Positions 12,488 through 24,654 of a stretch of 64,000 nucleotides of DNA are shown piece by piece. The notes beneath the pieces were generated by a model, which made no database searches, was not told where the DNA came from, and worked only from the letters and a program-made list of their open reading frames with translations. This stretch comes from Mustelus asterias (Eukaryota): positions 62,001 to 126,000 of the forward strand of contig NW_027590172.1 in assembly GCF_964213995.1 (NCBI RefSeq), given 5' to 3'. The translations under genes were made by a program, and so were the position numbers. The stretch's first letter is position 1, and every line of letters starts with the position of its first letter.

Positions 12488-13692
12488 ATGGAAGGAAAAA
12501 GCACCGTTCACAGAGAGGAGAAACCGTACACGTGTTCTGTGTGTGGACAAGGCTTCAATCGATCATCTGGCCTGTAGAGTCACAAGCGCAGTCACACCAG
12601 GGAGAGACCGTATAAATGTGGAGACTGTGGGAAAGGATTCAATTATCCAGTTGACCTGAAAAATCACCAACGCACTCACACTGGAGAGAGACCTTTTAGC
12701 TGCCCTGTGTGTGGGAAGGGATTCACTCAGACAGCTGGCCTGTTGATTCACCAGCGCATTCACAGCAGGGAGAGGCAGTTCACCTGCTCTGAATGTGGAA
12801 AAGGATTTACTCAGTCATCGGCCCTGCTGATACAGCGACACATTCACACAGGGGAGAGGCCATTCACCTGCTCCGTGTGTGGGAAGGGATTCACAGATTT
12901 CTCTGCCCTGCAGAGACACCAGCAAGTTCACACCGACAGGAGAGAGTTTAAATGCACTGAGTGTGGAAAGAGTTTTAAAACTCCACGCACACTGCGGGAG
13001 CACCAGTACATTCACACCGGTTCCACACCGTTCAGCTGCTCCCACTGCCAGAAGGGGTTCAGGACATCATTCCACCTTGTGGCACATGAGCGCGTTCACA
13101 CTGGAGAGAGGCCATTCACCTGCTCTGACTGTGGGAAGGGGTTTAACCGATCATCCAACCTGCAGAAACACCAACGAGTTCACAGTGAAGAGAGACCGTT
13201 TAAATGTCCAGACTGCGGGAAGGGCTATAAAAGTTCTGAGGAACTGCGTCACCATCAACGTGTTCACTCTGACGAGAGACCATTCATGTGTTCTCACTGC
13301 GGGACTGGCTTCAGGCGATCAGGCGACCTCACTGTACACCAGCGAATTCACACTGGGGAGAGGCCGTTCACCTGCCCTGTGTGTGGGAAGAGATTCACTT
13401 GTTTATCCTCTCTCACTTCACACCAACTTGTTCACACAAATGAGAGACCGTTCAGATGTTCTGACTGTGAGAAGAGCTTTAAAAGCAGAAAACTTCTGCT
13501 CGCACACCAGCGAAATCACTCTGAGGACAAACCGTTCACCTGCACTGAGTGTGGGAAAGATTCACCCGGTCATCCATTCTGCTGAGAAACCAACAAGTTC
13601 ACAGTGAGGAGAAGCCGTTCACTTGTTCAAAGTGTGGAAAGAGATTCATCCAGTCATACAACCTGGTGAGACACCAGCGAGTTCACCAGTGA
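12488..13692 (+). pseudogene. C2H2 ZNF array, ~14 fingers, MEGKSTVH-type start, in-frame TAG and 1-nt frameshift
   Basis: ATG 12488; TAG at 12575-12577 in finger 1; frameshift at ~13557 (TGT GGG AAA GA TTC); terminal TGA 13690-13692. Confidence 0.8.
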
Positions 13693-14169
13693 TCACAGGG
13701 GTGTGATTCTGCTGTTATTGCTGCTGTTAATTACATCCCAACTAAATTATGTTTATACTGATAGTTGGAGTTTTTCTGATGTAAATCAACCCTGTTGGAC
13801 TTGTAGAATGCCCCACAGCATCTCTCATTCATGTGTCAATAAATCTTCACGCATGCAGACCTTGTTTTAAATTTAAATCACTCAGAAACTGTTTTGAACA
13901 AAGATGAATAATAAACAGGTCACAGTCCAATCCACCCCTGTGTGAATGTGCCGATGTATCAGCAGGCCGATGACTAAAGTCTGTTTTGTAACTTCAGGAT
14001 AAGGATTTGAAAGCTCTGAATGTTGGTCCTCTCATATGTAGGCTGGAGCTATTTGATAGGCAGGATGTTAATCGCTGTAAACTTGTCAGATGTCGAAAGA
14101 ATTACTATTGGAGTAAACTCACCCATTGATAACCTCAGACTCTGGTCCCTATTGTAATGAACAAGTAAC

Positions 14170-14475
14170 ACAGTGGAATAGCGGGATAAATATGTGGGGC
14201 TACGGGGATAGGGCCTAGGTAAGATGCTCTGTTGGAGAGTCAGTGCAGACTCGATGGGCCCTGTACCCTTGTGCATTTACCCTGCTAACCCCCCCTAACC
14301 TACACATCTTTGGACGCTAACGGATAATTTGACATGGCCAATCCACCGAACCTGCACATCTTTGGAATGTAGGAGGAAACGGAAGCACCCAGAGGAAACT
14401 CAGACACAGGGAGAACGTACACAGAAACCCACTGCTGTCAGGCAGCAGTGACAACCACTGTTCCACCGTGCAGCC
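14170..14475. mobile_element. Two degenerate HE1-like SINE pieces in opposite orientation
   Basis: 14170-14250 plus-strand tail portion; 14260-14475 minus-strand V-domain. Confidence 0.65.
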
Positions 14476-15106
14476 CTTCATCTGCTGCTGAATCCCACAT
14501 CCACACATTACTGCCAGACTTGACAATTTCAACACATTCCTGACTGGTCTCCCACATTCTGTAATTTTGAGATAATCCAAAATGTCCCCATGTCTTGCAG
14601 ACGCTTCCTCCATCTCCACAACCCCCTCTTCTAATTCTGGACCTCTGTGCAGCCCCTTTGCAATTCCTGCAGCATTGCTGGAATGCGGACTAATGTATGG
14701 TTCAATTCCCATTCCAGCTGAGGTCGGTGTCGGAGCTGTCTCCTCACCCTGCCCAAGAGTGGATGGTAACAGCAGCCTGCTACTGACACAAACTGCCAGG
14801 AAAACAGCTCTGGATGACACATCAGCAGACATTTGGGGTTCCAAATGCTTGAAAAATGTTAACCTGTGTGAAATTGAGGTGTATTCCAGACTAATTTAAA
14901 TATAGGATGAGTGTCATTGCTTATTTAGTCACTGCTATAAACAGCGGAATTCTCACTTTGTAAACCTCAGCTTGAAGGAATAAAGTGAATAAATTGGGAT
15001 ATTAACTTTTACCATTATCCATCTGAAGCCAATGGTCTCCTTTTCCCCGTCCTGATGTGACACTGGATCTTCTTAGGTTTGAAGAAGAAACTTAACCTTA
15101 GAGCAC

Positions 15107-15408
15107 TGGGTGGTACAGTGACCCAGTGGTTCGCACTGCTGCCTCACAGCGCCAGGGATTTGGATTTGATTCCCAGCTTGGGTCACTGTGTGGAGTTTAC
15201 ACATTTTCCCCGTGTCTGCGTGGGTCTCCTCCGGGTGCTCCGGTTTCCCCCCACAGTCCAAAAGATGTGCTGGTTAGGGTGCATTGGCCATGCTGAATTC
15301 TCCCTCAATGTACCCGAACAGGTGCCGGAGTGTGGCGACTCGGGGATTTTCACAGAAACTTCATTACAGTGTGAATGTAAACCTTCTTGTGACACATAAA
15401 TAAACTTT
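15107..15408 (+). mobile_element. V-SINE, GTGACAC(T)AATAAA-tail subfamily
   Basis: tRNA head, V-domain and tail TTGTGACACATAAATAAACTT. Confidence 0.85.
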
Positions 15409-15534
15409 ACTATTGGCCTCAGTACCCGAGACCTGGCAGGATGGCAAGAATGGCCTGGGGCTCCAGTGAGGTGTACTGGAGGGGCCGGAGTGGGCAAGAG
15501 GTGACACTGGGAGGAGCAGCAGCTGGGAGGCCTA

Positions 15535-15553
15535 CAGCGACCCCTGGTGGACA
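15535..15553 (-). promoter_or_regulatory. Candidate CTCF site
   Basis: Minus strand TGTCCACCAGGGGTCGCTG versus CTCF consensus TGGCCACCAGGGGGCGCTA. Confidence 0.5.
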
Positions 15554-15819
15554 GGAGGGGAAACAGCAGCAGTGCAGTCTGCGCAAAAGCTTCCCCAGTT
15601 CAGCTGATCAGAGTGACTGGGAACCTCTTCAAATGTAAACTTCAGCTTCTCACATTCACCCCCATTCATCCCTCTCTCCCCCCATCCACCTCACTCTCCC
15701 TCCCTTCTCCATCCCTCCCTCTCACCATCCATCCCTTTCTCCCTCCTCCCATCCCTGTAAGTTTCAGGGCAATCCTCCATATTTTAAAAGGACTCAGGAG
15801 AAACCTGACAGTTTAAAAG

Positions 15820-16395
15820 TGATGTGGAGATGCCGGCGTTGGACTGGGGTGAACACAGTAAGAAGTCTCACAACACCAGGTTCAAGTCCAACAGGTTTAT
15901 TTGGTAGCAAATACCATAAGCTTTCGGAGCGCTGCTCCTTCATCAGATGGAGTGGAAATGTGCTCTCAAACAGTGCACAGAGACACAGAATCAAGTTACA
16001 GAATACTGATTAGAATGCGAATCCCTACAACCAGCCAGGTCTTACAGGTACAGACAATGTGGGTGGAGGGAGCATTAAACACAGGTTAAAGAGATGTGTA
16101 TTGTCTCCAGACAGAACAGCTAGTGAGATTCTGCAAGTCGAGGGGGCAAGCTGTGGGGGTTACTGATAATGTGACATAAATCCAACATCCCGGTTTAGGC
16201 CGTCCTCATGTGTGCGGAACTTGGCTATCAGTTTCTGCTCAGCGACTCTGCGCTGTCGTGTGTCGTGAAGGCTGAGAACGCTTACCTGAAGATCCAAGAC
16301 TGAATGCCCGTGACGGCTGAAGTGCTCCCCAACAGGAAGAGAACAGTCTTGCCTGGTGATTGTCGAGCGGTGTTCATTCATCCGTTGTCGTAGCA
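15820..16395 (-). mobile_element. Penelope-like element 3' fragment (GIY-YIG C-terminus + pLTR with hammerhead at ~15914-15955)
   Basis: LRQRMNEHRSTI..PVGEHFS..RRVAEQKLIAKFRTHEDGLN; minus strand CCAT-CTGATGA-A-GGAGC(AGC)GCTCC-GAAA-GCT-T-ATGG. Confidence 0.85.
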
Positions 16396-17700
16396 GTTTA
16401 AAAGTGGCCAACTCTGGCTGTTGGCTGATAAAAACCTCCCAGAAGGTTCGGCAGGACAAACATAACCTGTCGGTGGACTGTGCTAAGAGAAAAAAAGGTG
16501 TGAGCCCCCTGAATATGCAAGTGGCCAAAAAGGCAGACACACCAGTGATCGAATCATCAGAAGGACAAAGGACAGTAAACAGACCAGCAGGGAGTCCATG
16601 GCCACAGAAATCGGCCCATCCACAGAAGACATTGAAATAACGACCCACGGGGGGTCAAGGCAGTTCCAGCCTTTTGTGTGTGGACTTGACTAAATTAAAC
16701 TGAAGCTGCCGGTGATTGAAAGCCCCATTGTCCTTGAAAATCACCTATTGGGACAGGGAAGGTGTTTTTGTTAAATTGAGCTCAGAGTCAAACAAGCAGA
16801 ACCGAGCTCTCTTCCAGAATCACAAGCAGGGACACAGACAAGCAGGACCAAGCTCTCTTCCAGAATCACAAGCAGGGACACAGACAAGCAGGACCAAGCT
16901 CTCTTCCAGAATCACAAGCAGGGACACAGACAAGCAGGACCAAGCTCTCTTCCAGAATCACAAGCAGGGACACAGACAAGCAGGACCAAGCTCTCTTCCA
17001 GAATCGCAAGCAGGGACACAGACAAGCAGAACCAAGCTCTCTTCCAGAATCGCAAGCAGGGACACAGACAAGCAGGACCAAGCTCTCTTCCAGAATCGCA
17101 AGCAGGGACACAGACAAGCAGAACCAAGCTCTCTTCCAGAATCGCAAGCAGTGACACAGACAAGCAGGACCAAGCTCTCTTCCAGAATCGCAAGCAGGGA
17201 CACAGACAAGCAGGACCAAGCTCTCTTCCAGAATCGCAAGCAGGGACACAGACAAGCAGGACCAAGCTCTCTTCCAGAATCGCAAGCTGAGAAGCAGACC
17301 AGCAGGACCAAGCTCTCTTCAGTTTCGACCCTGCACTAAGACATTTGAGCCGACCACAAAGGAACCCCTTTTAGAATTGTGAGTATCCCAGCCAAACTTG
17401 CGAAGCTCCCGAGGATAGGATAGAGGTTGAGGCAAGGGGAGGGGTGGTGTATTGTAATTTTAAAGTTCAGTAATACGTTGTACCCATTAGCATTTCTCCC
17501 ATAGTGTAGTATAAAGTATAAGTTTTATTCCTGTGTGGTGGGGTATTGAAGAGGTTGATTTTATTATTAAATAAATCACTGTAAATTTTGAAACTCATTT
17601 GGAGTCCGTCTTGCCTCTTGTTCTCTCATCAGTGCACTCTGACGAGGTCACAGCTTCAATATCCCTTACCATAAATCCGGAGTCTGGAACCGAGGGTGAT
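16396..17700 (+). mobile_element. Possible LTR-like element containing a 46-bp tandem array
   Basis: Non-coding block starting at the Penelope breakpoint, with an internal tandem array and AATAAA at ~17570. No clear TG..CA ends or TSD seen. Confidence 0.3.
16793..17321. repeat. 46-bp minisatellite, ~11.5 near-perfect copies
   Basis: Unit CAAGCAGGACCAAGCTCTCTTCCAGAATC(A/G)CAAGCAGGGACACAGA. Confidence 0.95.
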
Positions 17701-18240
17701 CTGAGCGATTCGAACCCACTCACTCAAGGGAGACTGCTGGTCAGGAGATAAAGAACAGAGTCTCTCTGTTCTCTCTCTTGGAGACCTACACGAGTGGAGT
17801 GGGTGCAGGGTGGCCGTTGTCCCACTGACAATGGAGAGAATCACTCAGGCCTTGGTGGTGGTTTTGGGATGACTGTGTGATATAAGTATCAGGTTACCGG
17901 TCAGGTATAAACAGTGAGCCTGGTTCAGCGCTCTCTCCTGTGGAGTTGCCCCAGTGCAGCATTCCCCAGCCTTTGAAATTTCAAGGCCTGTAAGAGAGAG
18001 ACACTCACAGCTATCGGCAGACCCTCAAACATCGGCCTGTAAGTGGAGTAACAAGGAAGATCCCGCTACATCCCTCCCTCCAATAAGAACCACTCACTGA
18101 GCACAGCAGTTTCAGCCTCATTCCCACAGTCTGTATTCCAGCCTTTATCACATCCACTCTGCTCCCAGATACTTTACACCATTAGATATTACAATTCAAA
18201 CTTTATAATCTCTACAATTTACTATTTGTTCAAGGAGATG

Positions 18241-18570
18241 AGGGCGGCATGGTGGCACAGCGGTTAGCACTACTGTCTCACAGCACCAGGGACCTGAGTT
18301 CATTTCCTGGCTTAGGTCACTGTCTGTGCGGAGTCTGCACATTCTCCCTGTGTCTGCGTGGGTTTCCTCCGGGTGCTCCGGTTTCCTCCCACAGTCCAAA
18401 GATGTGCTGCTTAGGTTGACTGGCCATGCAAAATTGACCCCAGTGTTAGGAGGATTAGCAGGTTAAATATGTGGTGTTCCGGGTTAGGGCCTGGGTGGGA
18501 TTGTGGTTGGTGCAGATTCGATGGGCTGAATAGCCTTCTTCTGCACTGTAAGATTCTACGATTCTATGAG
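18241..18570 (+). mobile_element. HE1-like V-SINE, CR1 tail
   Basis: Full head, V-domain and ATTCTACGATTCTATG tail. Confidence 0.9.
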
Positions 18571-18589
18571 TTCACAAAATTAAAGTTAA

Positions 18590-18850
18590 AAGTTAAATTT
18601 ATTTATTAGTCACAAGTAAGGCTTACATTAACACTGCAATGAAGTTACTGTGAAATTCCCCTCGTCGCCACACTCCAGCACCTGTTTGGGTCAATGCACC
18701 TAAATAGCGCATCTTTCAGACGGTGGGAGGAAACTGGAGCACCCGGAGGGAACCCACACAGACACGGGGAGAACGTGCAGACTCCATACAGACAGTGACC
18801 CAAGCTGGGAATTGAACCCGGGTCCCTGGCACTGTGAGGCAGCAGTGCAG
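18590..18850 (-). mobile_element. V-SINE, GTGAC(A)TAATAAATAAA-tail subfamily
   Basis: Reverse complement of the V-domain and alternative tail. Confidence 0.8.
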
Positions 18851-18914
18851 ACAGACAGTCAAGAAATCATCAATTCCACTCCCACCCGGAGCTATGGGGA
18901 TATACTTAGAGTAA

Positions 18915-19375
18915 CAGTTTTAACAACACCAGGTTAAAGTCCAACAGGTTTATTTGGTAGCAAATACCATTAGCTTTTGGAGCGCTGCTCCTTCGTCAGA
19001 TGGAGTGGAAATCTGCTCTCAAACAGGGCACAGAGACACAAAATCAAGTTACAGAATACTGATTAGAATGCAAATCTCAACAGCCAACCAGTTCTTAATC
19101 ATACAGACAATGTGAGTGGAGGGAGCATTAAGCACAGGTTAAAGAGATGTGTATTGTCTCCAGACAGGACAGCCAGCAAGTCCAGGAGGCAAGCTGTGGG
19201 GGTTACTGACAGTGTGACATAAAGCCAACATCCCGGTTTAGGCCGTCCTCATGTGTGCGAAACTTGGCTATCAGTTTCTGCTCAGCGACTCTGCGCCGTC
19301 GTGTGTCGTGAAGGCCGCCTTGGAGAATGCTTACCCAAAGATCAGAGGCTGAATGCCCATGACGCACTTCAGCGG
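18915..19375 (-). mobile_element. Penelope-like 3' fragment with mutated hammerhead core (GAAA>AAAA)
   Basis: Near copy of 15860-16320; ORF 19203..19385 is the GIY-YIG C-terminus. Confidence 0.8.
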
Positions 19376-19389
19376 TCACGGGCATTTGT

Positions 19390-19945
19390 CAAGAGAGAAA
19401 AGTGCTGACGTTTCAAGTCCAGATGACCCTTTGTCAAAGACTGACCTCTGAAGAATTGAGAGAGGGAGGTGGAGAAGAACAAAATGAAAGATCTGCAAAC
19501 TGACAAAATGTTTCACGGCCCAAGACCAAAGCGAGTGGTACTGGGACAAGTAAAGACACAAAAGATGTTCTGGATGAGGTGTGAATAGCCGGTGAGCGAT
19601 AGTCTGAATGTAAAGTAAAGAAAACAAGAGGGAAATGAGGTGAAAAAAGCAGCAACGAAACACAGAACACAATGGGGGCAGAAATTGTGGTGTAAAATTG
19701 TTGAGCTCAGTTTTGTTCTGAAGGCTGTAAAGTGTCTCTTTCAGTTGCGAGAAATAATATTATATTTCCCAGTTCCGATGACAGGTCACATTCAGTCTGT
19801 TTCTCTCTCCACAGAGGCTGCCTGACTTGTTGAGTATTTCCAGCCAAAAGAGAAAACGCTGGAAAATCTCAGCAGGTCTGGCAGCATCTGTAAGGAGACA
19901 AAAAGAGCTGTGGTTTCGAGTCCAAGTGACCCTTTTGACAAAAGC
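19390..19945. mobile_element. Fragments of a second Penelope-like family with degenerate hammerhead-like ends
   Basis: Minus strand TTTGACAAAGGGTCATCTGGACTTGAAACGTCAGC; CAGATGCTGCCAGACCTGCTGAGATTTTCCAGC-type ends. Related pieces at 20755-20912, 24655-24735, 36125-36220, 46260-46410 and 53160-53240. Confidence 0.55.
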
Positions 19946-20212
19946 AGCAATTTGCTGTGAACTGGGCCGGGTTGGGGGTTTGAGTGACAGTCCTGGGGCG
20001 ATATCAGGACAGGAACAGCCACAGATTCCCCCTTTTCCCTGGGACATTTCACTGGAGCTGTGTTGGTGAGTGTTTGTAATCTCTGTCTCACTGTCTCGGT
20101 AATGGGGGCAATTTCCAGCATTTCCCGTTTGATGTCAACCAGAGAATGTGTAAGAATTGTCACACCCGAAACAGAGGTCTCTTACTCAGGACACCCCAGC
20201 TCGGGTCTGGTT

Positions 20213-20302
20213 GGGGGGGCGGGGGGAGGAGGGGGGGGGGGGCGGGGGAGGAGGGGGGGGGGGCGGGGGGAGTTGGGGCGGGGGGAGTTGGGGGCGGGGG
20301 GG
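20213..20302 (+). repeat. G-rich low-complexity tract (G-quadruplex potential)
   Basis: About 90 nt, almost all G runs. Confidence 0.85.
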
Positions 20303-22254
20303 TAACGTTCACAATTTTGTGTTTATGTCTGGTGCGAATAATACTTTGGATTAAACGGAGAAGTTTTTTAAACTGAGGAGAGTAACTGCATTTGGGCGCT
20401 GACTTTAAACAACATTAACAAGCCCGGGCTGCTGGAGAAACATTTAGGGATTTGTGAGCAGTGAATTCCGGCTGGTTTGAAGTGAAATCCTGTCGGTGCT
20501 GCGGCAAATCTGAACTCAAACCAGACAAACTGGAACCGCTGGGTTAGAGATTCCGGGTGTTGGGATGTGGAGGCTGGGGGAGGGGGAGATGGCGGTAAAA
20601 CTCTGAGCCTGAGTTTCGAGCGGGATGTGAGCGGGATAAAGGGAAGGAATGACAGTTAATGTGGGAGTCAGGGACAATAGCAGAAGGTGGGAAGCTCTGG
20701 AAAGGAGCACGGAGGGTAAAGGCCATCAAAGAATGCTTGTTTAAATGAAGATAAAAGCAAAATACTGCGGGTGCTGGAATCTGAAACAGAAAATGCTGGA
20801 AATCTCAGCAGGTCTGACAGCATCTGTGGAGAGAGAATAGAGTTAATGCTTCCAGTCTGGATGATCACAGATGCGATCAGACCTGCTGAGGTTTTCCAGC
20901 ACTTTCTGTTTTTGATTAACTGAAGGTTCAGCAGGGAAAGAAGCAGCGAACTGAACACACTGGACCCAGGGGGAGGGGGTGACCCAGGATAAGGGACAGG
21001 CGCAGCTCCGTGAGGCTCTGCAATGTCCATCAACACATCCACATTCAGACCTTAGAGCGTCAAGGGGGAGGGGAAGGAGAAACTATCTGGGGCACAGCAG
21101 GAGGTCACCCCTCCCCCCCACTCTGTGGTTCCACATCCCTCCCACACCTGGACAGGGTTGGCTCAAGGTGCAGGAAGCTGCAAGCTGAGAGGCTGAGCTG
21201 TGAACTGGGCGGGGTTGGGGGTTTGAGTGACAGTCCTGGGGCTATTTCAGGACAGGAACCGCCACAGATTCCCTCTTTTTCCTGGGACGTTTCTGTGGAG
21301 CTGTGTTGGTGAGTGTTTGTAATCTCTGTCTCACTGTCTCGGTAATGGGGGTGGGTTGTAGATTGCTGTGAGTGTTAGACTAAATAACCTCTCCTCATGC
21401 TGCCAGTTCCAGTCTGCAGACTCCATTTCTCAGTCCAGTTTGCTGCTCTGTCTCTGTCTCTCTGTACTTTGCTGCAGTGCTCCACATTCTGAGCAACATC
21501 CAGCCCATTGTTATCACCCGAAATTTGCGGCAAACTCCCTTCACTGTGGCACAGTGGTTCGCACTGCTGCCTCACTGAGTCTGGGTTCGATTCCAGCGGT
21601 GGGTGACTGTCTCTGTGGAGTTTGCACAGTAAGAAGTCTCAGAACACCAGGTTAAAGTCCAATAAGTTTATTTGGAATCAAAGCAAATTACTGCGGATGC
21701 TGGAATTTGAAACTATGTTCTGTGGAACATCGTTTCCTCACTTGTTCCTGTAAAGCAGTAAATCCTCATCCTGAACACTTTCCCTCCTCCCTGTCCTGCA
21801 ACCAACTCCCACACTGACCAACCATCTCATATTTCAATGGATTGTCCCATGACTCCAGTGTGCCAGGCTGCATGGCGTATGGGCGCTGTTTCACCCATAA
21901 GATGGATGTGTGCAGCACCCTCTTCCAACTGTTCTGGCTGCCAACCAGCCCGTGCCCACCCTCGCAGTTCCAGCAGCACCGCACACAATACTGCTCACCT
22001 GCTCCGACAGACTCATGAAGGATGTCCTTTCATTTTCTCAGAGAGAGTTGGTCAGCCTGGCAAACCCAGTGTGAAATATCTTCACAAATCTTTTCTCCCA
22101 CCCTCTATTCTGGCTGGGTTCAGTTCTCTTTTGTACAGAGTGAAAATAAAATCAATTATTTTCTTTCCCGGTCACTGCAGGGAGCTGCAGCTTTTTACTG
22201 GGGGTGTTGGGACCTCCAGCGGGTGATTGTGAATCCTCCCCGCCCACCTCCCAG

Positions 22255-23050
22255 GGCAAATGGAGTTTAACCCTGATAAATGTGAGGTGATTCATTTTGG
22301 TAGGACAAATTTAAATGTGGATTACAGGGTCAAAGGTAGGGTTCTGAAGACTGTGGAGGAACAGAGAGATCTTGGGGTCCATATCCACAGATCTCTAAAG
22401 GTTACCAGTCAAGTGGATAGAGCTGTGAAGAAGGCCTATAGTGTGTTAGCTTTTATTAAGAGGGGGTTGGAGTTTAAGAGCTGTGGGGTTATGCTGCAAC
22501 TGTACAGGACCTTGGTGAGACCACATTTGGAATATTGTGTGCAGTTCTGGTCACCTCACTATAAGAAGGATGTGGAAGCGCTGGAAAGAGTGCAGAGGAG
22601 ATTTACCAGGATGCTGCCTGGTTTGGAGGGTAGGTCATATGAGGAAAGGTTGAGGGAGCTAGGGCTGTTCTCTCTGGAGCAGAGGAGGCTGAGGGGAGAC
22701 TTAAGAGGTGTATAAAATGATGAAGGGGATAGATAGAGTGAACGTTCAAAGACTATTTCCTCGGGTGGATGGAGCTATTACAAGGGGGTATAACTATAGG
22801 GTTCGTGGTGGGAGATACAGGACGGATATCAGAGGTAGGTTCTTTACGCAGAGAGTGGTTGGGGTGTGGAATGGACTGCCTGCAGTGATAGTGGAGTCAG
22901 ACACTTTAGAAACATTTAAGCGGTTATTGGATAGGCACATGGAGCACACCAGGATGATAGGGAGTGGGATAGCTTGATCTTGGTTTCAGATAAAGCTCGG
23001 CACAACATCGTGGGCCGAAGGGCCTGTTCTGTGCTGCACTGTTCTATGTT
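22255..23050 (+). mobile_element. CR1/HER1-type LINE, 5'-truncated, relatively young
   Basis: ORFs 22260..22715 and 22708..22977 ([24 protein letters not shown]); 3' tail GGGCCGAAGGGCCTGTTCTGTGCTGCACTGTTCTATGTTCT. Confidence 0.9.
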
Positions 23051-23149
23051 CTTCCCAGAGATCGGAGTCCTCATTGATTTGAGGTCAAAGTGTAACCTCT
23101 TATTTATTGTCCCCCTCCCCCATCCTCTGATGTGAACCATCCTCCAGTG

Positions 23150-23525
23150 GCTGAGCCAGGATGGGGCCGTTAACCTGGGCCTGTTCCCGGGAGGGAGGGA
23201 GGGAGGGAGAAGCCCCGCAGCTGCAAACCAGGGAGCTGACAATGATTCTGAAGGGTTTGCGGATCCACAAAGTGTTTCCAAATCCTCCCAGCCACCGCCT
23301 AACGCTGACTCCGCTTCTCCGGGACAAACAAGCGCCAAGGACAGCAATGACACTGCGCATGCTCCACATCACAATGCCCCGGGACTGATTGACGGCAGCT
23401 CCGGGCCAATAGGAAGAGGGGGCGGGGCTGGATGACCGAGCGGGAGCGGCTGGTCCTCCAACCAATCGGAGTGAATGAGGGGCGGGACCTGAAGCATGCG
23501 CAGTGCGGGTAATGGCGACGGACGG
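23150..23525. promoter_or_regulatory. Orphan paralog of the ZNF promoter modules
   Basis: Homologous to 8994-9230 (YY1 site mutated to CAGGATGGGGCC), followed by CCAAT/GC boxes and the TGGTCCTCCAACCAATC motif also seen at 27845-28181. Confidence 0.55.
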
Positions 23526-23529
23526 TTAA

Positions 23530-23930
23530 GAAAATTGAACAACATCAACTATCTCCCTCTGTTAAGACCCGAGAATGAAGCCCAGCAGGACCCGAGAATG
23601 AAGCCCAGCAGGACCCGAGAATGAAGGCCAGCAGGACCCGAGAATGAAGCCCAGCAGGACCCGAGAATGAAGCCCAGCAGGACCCGAGAATGAAGGCCAG
23701 CAGGACCCGAGGACTCATCAGCCCACAGCTCCAACAGTTTGCTGAGGACCACTTCCCTGGGAATTGTGCTTTTTCAGAGTTCATCCCACACTTCTGTTTT
23801 CTGATTTCCAGCTGTTTCTGAGTTTTAACTGTATCCTCTATTGTGAACACCGAGGCAAAATACTTGTTCAATTCATCTCCCAGCTCCTTATTTTTCATCA
23901 TCAATTCCTGGACTCACTTTCTATTAGACA
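23530..23930 (-). mobile_element. CR1 ORF2 fragment
   Basis: ELNKYFASVFT.ED and SGPAGLHSRVL (canonical SPGPDGLHPRVL). Confidence 0.75.
23566..23711. repeat. 23-bp minisatellite x6 with A-A-B-A-A-B order
   Basis: Unit GACCCGAGAATGAAG(C/G)CCAGCAG. Confidence 0.95.
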
Positions 23931-23934
23931 GTTA

Positions 23935-24650
23935 AGAAACGAGGTGGAGCAAGTGACTGAAGTGTCAGTCAGGGAGCACTATTGGGAGCACCAATAGTTT
24001 CAAAATAGTTCTGGAAAAAAATAGGACAGGTCCACAGGTCAAGGCCCTAAACTGGAGCAGGGCCACTTTTGTGGGCATTAGGCAGGATCGAGCAGATGTC
24101 GATTCGGTGAGTTTGTTTGAAGGGAAAGGAATGACTGGCAAATGGGAGGTTTTAAAAGTGTGATATCAAGAGTCCAGGGGCAGTATATTCCTGTTAAGGT
24201 GAAGGGAAATAATGGTAAATTTAAGGATCTCTGGCAGACAAGGGACATTGAGGCTCTGGTCAGGTAAAAGAAGGAAGCATACATTGGGTTTAGGAAATCG
24301 GGGACAAGTGAATCACTCTGACTATAAAAAGTGTAAGAAAATACTGAGGAGGGAAATCAGGAGGACAAAAAGAGGGTATGATATGGATCTGGCAGGTAAG
24401 ATTAAAGAAAATTCCAAGAGGTTCTATAGCTATATTAAGAGTAAAAGGGTGGCTAGAGAGAGAATAGATCCCCTTAAAAATCAGTATGGCCATCTGTGTG
24501 TGGAGCCACAGGAGATGGGTGAGATTTTTAATGAATACTTCTCCTCTGTGTTTACTGCGGAGAGCACCATGGGTGCTAAAGAAATAAGGGAAACAAGTGA
24601 TGATGTCTTGGGCACACGCATGTTACTTGGGAGGAGGTATCTGCAGCCTT
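23935..24650 (+). mobile_element. CR1 ORF2 internal fragment
   Basis: LAGKIKENSKRFYSYIKSKRVARERIDPLK..EMGEIFNEYFSSVFT. Confidence 0.85.
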
Positions 24651-24654
24651 ATAA

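Noticed and set aside
14630-14880. Possible degenerate SINE or coding ORFs
   Set aside because: Only a GGTTCAATTCC B-box-like word is present; the ORFs resemble nothing I recognise.
16716-17339. Long repetitive ORFs on both strands; CRISPR-like appearance
   Set aside because: Pure 46-bp tandem repeat with no unique spacers and no cas genes, in eukaryotic DNA.
21766-22226. Possible coding exon
   Set aside because: No recognisable protein in the frames I read and no consistent splice pair.
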